Shown in pieces: positions 58,631 to 64,000 of a stretch of 64,000 bases of DNA (positions are counted from its first letter, which is position 1; each line of letters starts with the position of its first letter). This DNA comes from Minisyncoccota bacterium. GTDB taxonomy: Bacteria > Patescibacteriota > Minisyncoccia > Phycocordibacterales > UBA1006. The notes below the pieces were generated by a model. The model was not told where the DNA came from and searched no databases. It worked only from the letters and a program-made list of their open reading frames with translations. The stretch is taken from positions 35,730 through 99,729 of the forward strand of contig JAJOIF010000004.1 in the NCBI GenBank assembly GCA_021209525.1, in the 5' to 3' direction. The position numbers were made by a program, and so were the translations under genes.

Positions 58631-61282
58631 TTATGCTTCGCTTCGTCTCACAAAGAATTTGCGCACTTCTTCAAAAAATATAATGGAACTCGCCACAGCA
58701 AGGGCGATAAGCCATTCATAGAATGACAAAGGTACTGTTTCAAATATTTTTTGCATAAAAGGTGTATATACTGCAAAACTTTGTAGCGCCAGTGCACCCA
58801 GTACTGCAAAGAATGTCAGCCGATGCGCAAATGGATTTACGGTGAAAACCGAGGTTGTATCTGACTGAATGGTGAGTAATCTAAAAATCTGGAAAAGTGC
58901 AAGGGTGACAAATACCATCGTACGCGCCACTTCAATACCTTGCCCAAGGTAAGCAATAAAGACAGCAAGTGTTCCTCCGGTAATAATGAGCGCGAAAAAT
59001 ACCATTCTCAAAAAGGTGGGCATATCTAAGATATATCGTGGATGTTTTTTATGAGCATCTTTATTGAGATCTTGTGTCATGCGTGGCAAAAATGCCAGCG
59101 TCATTACCAAGAAACTATCAGTCACCAAGTTGAGCCAAATAATCTGAGCAGGGATGAGCGGAATACGCATTATCACCAATACCCCAAACATAATCACGAG
59201 GAGTTCGGCAAGATTAGTTGAAAAAAGGTAAACTAAAGTCTTTTTGAGTGTTGCATAAATATGCCTCCCCTCTTCTACAGCGCGTGAAATATTACCAAAA
59301 TCATCATCAAGAAGAACAATGTCAGCTGCGTCTTTTGCTACTTCGGTACCCACAATACCCATTGCCACACCAAGATCTGCAGCAACGAGCGATGGTACGT
59401 CATTTACACCATCACCAGTCATGGCAATAATTTCTCCGCGTGCTTTGAATGCTTTGATAATACGCATTTTGTGCTGAGGAGCAACGCGCGCAAAAACCGT
59501 CACACCCACCACGCGTTCTTGTAATATTTCATCAGACATATGCGTCATATCATGACCTGTGAGTACCTTGTCGCCATCGACAAAAATACCCGCCTGCCTC
59601 GCAATTGCCTCTGCGGTAATTGCATGATCGCCTGTAATCATGACGACACGCATACCTGCATCTTTTGCTTTCTGAACGGCGAGAGGGACTTCGGGACGGA
59701 GCGCGTCTTGCATAGCAACAAATCCTACAAAGGTGACCCCATCTTCAGATGATTCAGCGAGACCAATAACACGCAATCCTTGTGTTGAGAAAAGATGCAT
59801 ATGCTCATCAAGCACACGACGCTCTGCTGGATCAAGTGGCGCGGCGCCATCACGCTTCCACACAAGAGCACTCATATCCAAAATGACTTCTGGAGCACCA
59901 ATCATAAGAGTGCGCTCTGTTCCTTGATCAGAAAATGTGGTCATCAAATATTTCTTTTCGAAATCAAAAGGAGTGTGTACGATATGATCAATACCCGAAA
60001 TACCTTTTTCTCGATCATAATTATTTTTCTTACCAAAAACAATGAGGGCGATTTCTGTAGGATCTCCTACATAGGTCACAGCGTCATCCTGATAAAAAAT
60101 CTTTGCATCAGAAGCGAGCGCAGATATCATCGTGATGTAATCAAGAGCTCTGCGATGATCTCTATCCTGAGAACCCTCAGGGCCGGTAATGGTGCCCTGA
60201 GGATTATATCCCGTACCTGAAACATTATAGAGCGTATCATCAATAAAACACTGCACTACTGATAATTCATTTTTGGTAAGTGTTCCTGTCTTATCAACAG
60301 CAATAATGGTCGCTTGCCCCAATGCTTCAACCGCTTGTAATCTCTTGACGAGCGCATTATGCTCACTCATTCTTTTGACACCTCGTGCTAGAATCAGGGT
60401 CATAACCACTGGTAATCCTTCGGGAATAACGGATACCATGAGCGACAATGCCACCAAGAACATATAAGAGACATCATTGCCGAGCAAAATACCCGCACCA
60501 AACAAGAACCCAATAGCAAGCACCACGACCACAATAATAATACGCGCCAAATTGCGCACCTGCACTTGCAGAGGTATTTCTGTGGTATTTTCTTTAATGT
60601 TTTGAGATATTTTTCCAAGCTCAGTTTCTATACCCGTAGCAACAACCACTACGTGAGCTGTTCCTTTTGCAACAGTGGTGCCACTCAGCACCATATTCAC
60701 TTGATCGGTAATCATGCGTTCCTCATTGAGTGGTAGTGTTGTATTATTTTTAGAAACAGGAAAAGACTCACCCGTGAGAAGAGCCTCACTCGTAGAAAAA
60801 TCTTTACTTTCCAAGATGCGCCCGTCAGCAGGCACCTTGTCTCCCTCGCGCAGTATAATCACATCACCAGGAACGAGCAGTGTGCTTGAAATTAAATCGT
60901 GCACACCATTACGCACCACCAATGTTTGAAAATCGGTTAATTTTTTCAGCGCAAAAAGAGCATCTTGTGCTTTTCCTTCTTGAAAGGCACCCATAAAACC
61001 ATTCAAGAGGAGCACTGCACCAATAATAATACCGTCAGTGATTTCACCAAGGAGCACGGCAATAATTGCAGCTCCCACAAGAATGTACAAGAGCGGACTC
61101 GTGAATTGACGCAAGAAGATAAAGAAATATGAATCCTTTGAAGTCTCAGGCAATGTATTCATGCCGTGTATTTCACGACGAGAGAGAACTGCCTCATCAG
61201 CAAGCCCTAATATGTTTGTTTCAAAAATTTCTAATGTTTCGTCAGGGGTGATACTACTCCAATCATGATTATAGAGAGACAT
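58631..61282 (-). CDS. Cation-transporting P-type ATPase (type II, Ca2+-like)
   Basis: TGES, PEGL, DKTGTLT, TGD, GDGVND. Confidence 0.97.
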   Translation of the reverse strand: MSLYNHDWSSITPDETLEIFETNILGLADEAVLSRREIHGMNTLPETSKDSYFFIFLRQFTSPLLYILVGAAIIAVLLGEITDGIIIGAVLLLNGFMGAFQEGKAQDALFALKKLTDFQTLVVRNGVHDLISSTLLVPGDVIILREGDKVPADGRILESKDFSTSEALLTGESFPVSKNNTTLPLNEERMITDQVNMVLSGTTVAKGTAHVVVVATGIETELGKISQNIKENTTEIPLQVQVRNLARIIIVVVVLAIGFLFGAGILLGNDVSYMFLVALSLMVSVIPEGLPVVMTLILARGVKRMSEHNALVKRLQAVEALGQATIIAVDKTGTLTKNELSVVQCFIDDTLYNVSGTGYNPQGTITGPEGSQDRDHRRALDYITMISALASDAKIFYQDDAVTYVGDPTEIALIVFGKKNNYDREKGISGIDHIVHTPFDFEKKYLMTTFSDQGTERTLMIGAPEVILDMSALVWKRDGAAPLDPAERRVLDEHMHLFSTQGLRVIGLAESSEDGVTFVGFVAMQDALRPEVPLAVQKAKDAGMRVVMITGDHAITAEAIARQAGIFVDGDKVLTGHDMTHMSDEILQERVVGVTVFARVAPQHKMRIIKAFKARGEIIAMTGDGVNDVPSLVAADLGVAMGIVGTEVAKDAADIVLLDDDFGNISRAVEEGRHIYATLKKTLVYLFSTNLAELLVIMFGVLVIMRIPLIPAQIIWLNLVTDSFLVMTLAFLPRMTQDLNKDAHKKHPRYILDMPTFLRMVFFALIITGGTLAVFIAYLGQGIEVARTMVFVTLALFQIFRLLTIQSDTTSVFTVNPFAHRLTFFAVLGALALQSFAVYTPFMQKIFETVPLSFYEWLIALAVASSIIFFEEVRKFFVRRSEA

Positions 61283-61298
61283 AGGCTGCGTTTGGTGA

Positions 61299-62495
61299 TT
61301 ATATTATTTCATTGCGAGCAAAAAATGCGCGCCATGCTTTGGGTAAGGATAAAATCGACAGATAGAATTTAAAGTCAATAATATGGCGCACGAGCCATGG
61401 CAAACGTCCATAAAAAGTACGATTACCTATAACGAGTGCTGCCCAACCAGGACCCACCGGCACATCAAAAGCAACAGGACGAGGGGTGTATAGTGTTTTT
61501 TTCTTGCCCAAAACATGTGCTTCAATAGAGCGCGCAATATAGGCGCCGTCATAGAGTGCTGTTTGCGCTAAACCAGAAAAAGGCGTTGCCGCATTATCGC
61601 CAGCAATAAAAATATGCTCGTGGCCTTTGGCTTGCAAATACTCATCAACAATAACGCGCCCCTTGCCGTCAAATTCAAAATGATCGACGAGTGATTGAAA
61701 GACATTATTGGTTTTAACTCCTGCTGTCCAAATAATAGTACGCGTTCCCATATTCATGTCTTTAAGGAGTGCTGTCCATGACTTACCTTGAATCAGTGTA
61801 CGATTCGGAAGCACATTCACCCCAAGCATACGCAGGCGCTGTGTTGCACGAGCAGATACTTCTTCGGGAAAAGTAGGTAAAATACGCGAAGACGCCTGAA
61901 TGAGATTAATAGAAATAAATGATTCTGGAATATTGTGTTTTTGAGCAAGTGCGCGTGCGTAGAGCGCGAGCTCACCAGCAAGTTCCACACCAGAAGGACC
62001 AGCTCCAACGACGAGAAAATTTAAGGCAACTAATGTTTCGTCGACTTCTTCGGGGCGAGCACGCTCAAAGAGCTGATGAATATGTTTTTTAAGTTCAAGT
62101 GCTTTGTGTACGCTCTTGAAATTAAATGATACTTGCTCGAGACCTTCGATGTTGAAGTAATTCATTTCTGATCCAAGCGCAAGTACGAGCATATCGCCCA
62201 CATAGGTTTCCCCTCCTTCGCATATAACCGTTTTGGTTGCAGTATCAATACGCTCTACCGTATCATGCACGAGACGCACACGCGTATGTTCAAAAATATC
62301 CCCTAGAGGTATTTGTACGCGCATAGGAGACGAACCTGTCACCACACGATACATAGCAGGATAATATTCAAAAAAAGGATAATTACTGATGAGTGTAATC
62401 TCGATAGTGTCTGTATGGCGAAAACGGTGTGCAAGGTCAAGCGCTGTACGCACACCTGCAAATCCACCTCCGACAATAATAATATGAGTATTCAT
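61299..62495 (-). CDS. ndh: Type II NADH dehydrogenase-like FAD oxidoreductase
   Basis: GGGFAG, VGAGPSGVELAGEL, WTAG, AGD. Confidence 0.88.
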   Translation of the reverse strand: MNTHIIIVGGGFAGVRTALDLAHRFRHTDTIEITLISNYPFFEYYPAMYRVVTGSSPMRVQIPLGDIFEHTRVRLVHDTVERIDTATKTVICEGGETYVGDMLVLALGSEMNYFNIEGLEQVSFNFKSVHKALELKKHIHQLFERARPEEVDETLVALNFLVVGAGPSGVELAGELALYARALAQKHNIPESFISINLIQASSRILPTFPEEVSARATQRLRMLGVNVLPNRTLIQGKSWTALLKDMNMGTRTIIWTAGVKTNNVFQSLVDHFEFDGKGRVIVDEYLQAKGHEHIFIAGDNAATPFSGLAQTALYDGAYIARSIEAHVLGKKKTLYTPRPVAFDVPVGPGWAALVIGNRTFYGRLPWLVRHIIDFKFYLSILSLPKAWRAFFARNEII

Positions 62496-62612
62496 GGGGA
62501 CTATATTAGCATATTTTAGGGGTATTAAAAACACACCTATGCGCTTTTCCTGCACATTTTGGGTATATCTATGCTATACTAAGCATTATACACCTCGTAT
62601 ATCTTGCTTTTA

Positions 62613-62640
62613 TGTAAGAATACTACTTGTGATGCGTCAT
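62613..62640 (+). promoter_or_regulatory. Autoregulatory ECF-type promoter
   Basis: TGTAAG-16 bp-CGTCAT, 5 nt before the sigma ATG. Confidence 0.6.
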
Positions 62641-62645
62641 CATAT

Positions 62646-63167
62646 ATGAACACGAATATGCCACAATACCAGGATTTTTCAGCAGCATATGACACCTATG
62701 CTGACGAGATTTTCCGATTCTGCCACTTCAAAGTGGGTAATCGTGATGATGCTCTTGATATTACCCAAGAAACATTTGCAAAAACATGGGTCTATCTCGA
62801 GAAAAACGGCACCGTACAAAATATACGCGCATTCCTCTACCAAGTAGCTCGCAATATGATTGTTGATTTCTTTCGCAAGAAAAAATCATACTCTCTAGAC
62901 GCAGTCCTTGAAGAAGGTATTGATTTTGGTTCTCATGATCATATCTCTATGATTGAGCGAACCGAAGCCCAGATATCTATTAGTATTCTCGAGCTCTTGA
63001 ACCCACTCGATCGAGAATTACTCGTACTGCGCTACGTCCAAGATATGGATATTCCTGACATTGCCCGCCTTGTTGGTCACAAAGAAAATACCGTTTCCGT
63101 CAGGATACATCGCGCACTCAAAAAAGCAAAAGAATTGATTGAAAAGAAAAACACCTATGAAACATAA
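62646..63167 (+). CDS. ECF RNA polymerase sigma factor
   Basis: DITQETFAKTW, LYQVARN..VD..RK, V.VRIHRA. Confidence 0.93.
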   Translation: MNTNMPQYQDFSAAYDTYADEIFRFCHFKVGNRDDALDITQETFAKTWVYLEKNGTVQNIRAFLYQVARNMIVDFFRKKKSYSLDAVLEEGIDFGSHDHISMIERTEAQISISILELLNPLDRELLVLRYVQDMDIPDIARLVGHKENTVSVRIHRALKKAKELIEKKNTYET

Positions 63168-64000
63168 TTTTATTACACAATTGAAAAAAGATTTTGACGC
63201 ATGGGGGCTCACCCCACTAGAAAAAGCTTCTCTCAAAAAGACGCTCTTTGAACGCATTGGCGCTTCATCATCTACACCAACACCTTCTCCGTATCATCGT
63301 ATAATGATCTTTTCAATGCGCGCATCAGTATTTGGCCTCATGATGATGCTTGGCGCAGGAGGAGGACTCACTTATGCATCTCAAAACACACTCCCTGGTG
63401 ACAGACTCTATGGATTCAAAGTACATGTCGTTGAGGAAATCAAAGAACATGTACAGCCCTCACCAGAAGCGCGTGCACGCATTGCCATTGAACGAGCGAC
63501 AGAACGCCTCGACGAAGCTCATGCACTCCTCTTGAAAGAAGAACTCACCCCAGAACATATTGAAAAAATTCACGAACTCATTACAGAAAATATCGCTACC
63601 ACACGCACTGTTCTTGCGCGTCATGACATTACACGCACCGAAAAAGCGCTTGATATTTATATGCGTATTGAGACACGTCTGCGTCCGCGCCACGAGGCAT
63701 TACGCCACGCCCAAGCATCTCTTGATTTTGGCACAGAAATAGCACTTCTTGATGATGTTGCACAACATCTTGACTATGTTATTGCTATGCAACAAGATCT
63801 CATTGAAATAGTTCCTGTACGCATTGCTGATGCATCTATTGTGCAAAACAAAGTTTCAACCATCAAAGAAAATCTTGCCCGCATAGAATCACTTATTCCC
63901 ACTTCAACAGAAGGAGGAGAACAGGAAACACCCGCTCTTGCAATGATGTCTACAGTATTCTCATCAGAATCAACAACCCAAGACACGCGAGACACCATTC
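63157..64000 (+). CDS. DUF5667-like membrane protein (putative anti-sigma), 3' end outside window
   Basis: Manual translation MKHNFITQ...TM...ASQNTLPGDRLYGFKV. Confidence 0.72.
   Translation, partial: MKHNFITQLKKDFDAWGLTPLEKASLKKTLFERIGASSSTPTPSPYHRIMIFSMRASVFGLMMMLGAGGGLTYASQNTLPGDRLYGFKVHVVEEIKEHVQPSPEARARIAIERATERLDEAHALLLKEELTPEHIEKIHELITENIATTRTVLARHDITRTEKALDIYMRIETRLRPRHEALRHAQASLDFGTEIALLDDVAQHLDYVIAMQQDLIEIVPVRIADASIVQNKVSTIKENLARIESLIPTSTEGGEQETPALAMMSTVFSSESTTQDTRDTI

Noticed and set aside
61299-62495. NDH-2 as evidence of respiration in a CPR organism
   Set aside because: A lone NDH-2-like flavoprotein does not imply a respiratory chain; no supporting genes are in the window.

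Overview
The window is from a Patescibacteria/CPR (Parcubacteria-like) chromosome. This is inferred from the divergent 16S primer sites, the TrbC/VirB2-type pilin cluster and the DUF5667 protein. Core content: rbfA 3' end, four tRNAs, the pilin cluster, gyrA, rpsA, pth, a stand-alone 16S rRNA with a non-canonical anti-Shine-Dalgarno tail, tRNA-Gln, dnaX, dus, serS, dprA, topA, tsaC, ung, a frameshifted ychF, a P-type ATPase, NDH-2 and an ECF sigma factor. About 17.4-43.4 kb is accessory and has two parts. (i) A type I restriction-modification operon with Shedu, NYN and AAA-ATPase genes nested inside it, plus a duplicated hsdS start. (ii) A roughly 14.5-kb putative integrative element next to tRNA-Gln. 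It carries a tightly coupled lexA-like repressor / unknown 303-aa gene / CD-NTase / Cap15 operon (CBASS), a capsid-less ParB-methyltransferase/TerS/TerL/large serine recombinase module, and an ECF-MacAB cargo. The best candidates for new biology are the LexA-coupled CBASS with an unknown extra gene, the capsid-less terminase element, a repeated tRNA-3'-mimic hairpin element and a duplicated structured 5' leader. All calls come from motif recognition by eye; no searches were run.
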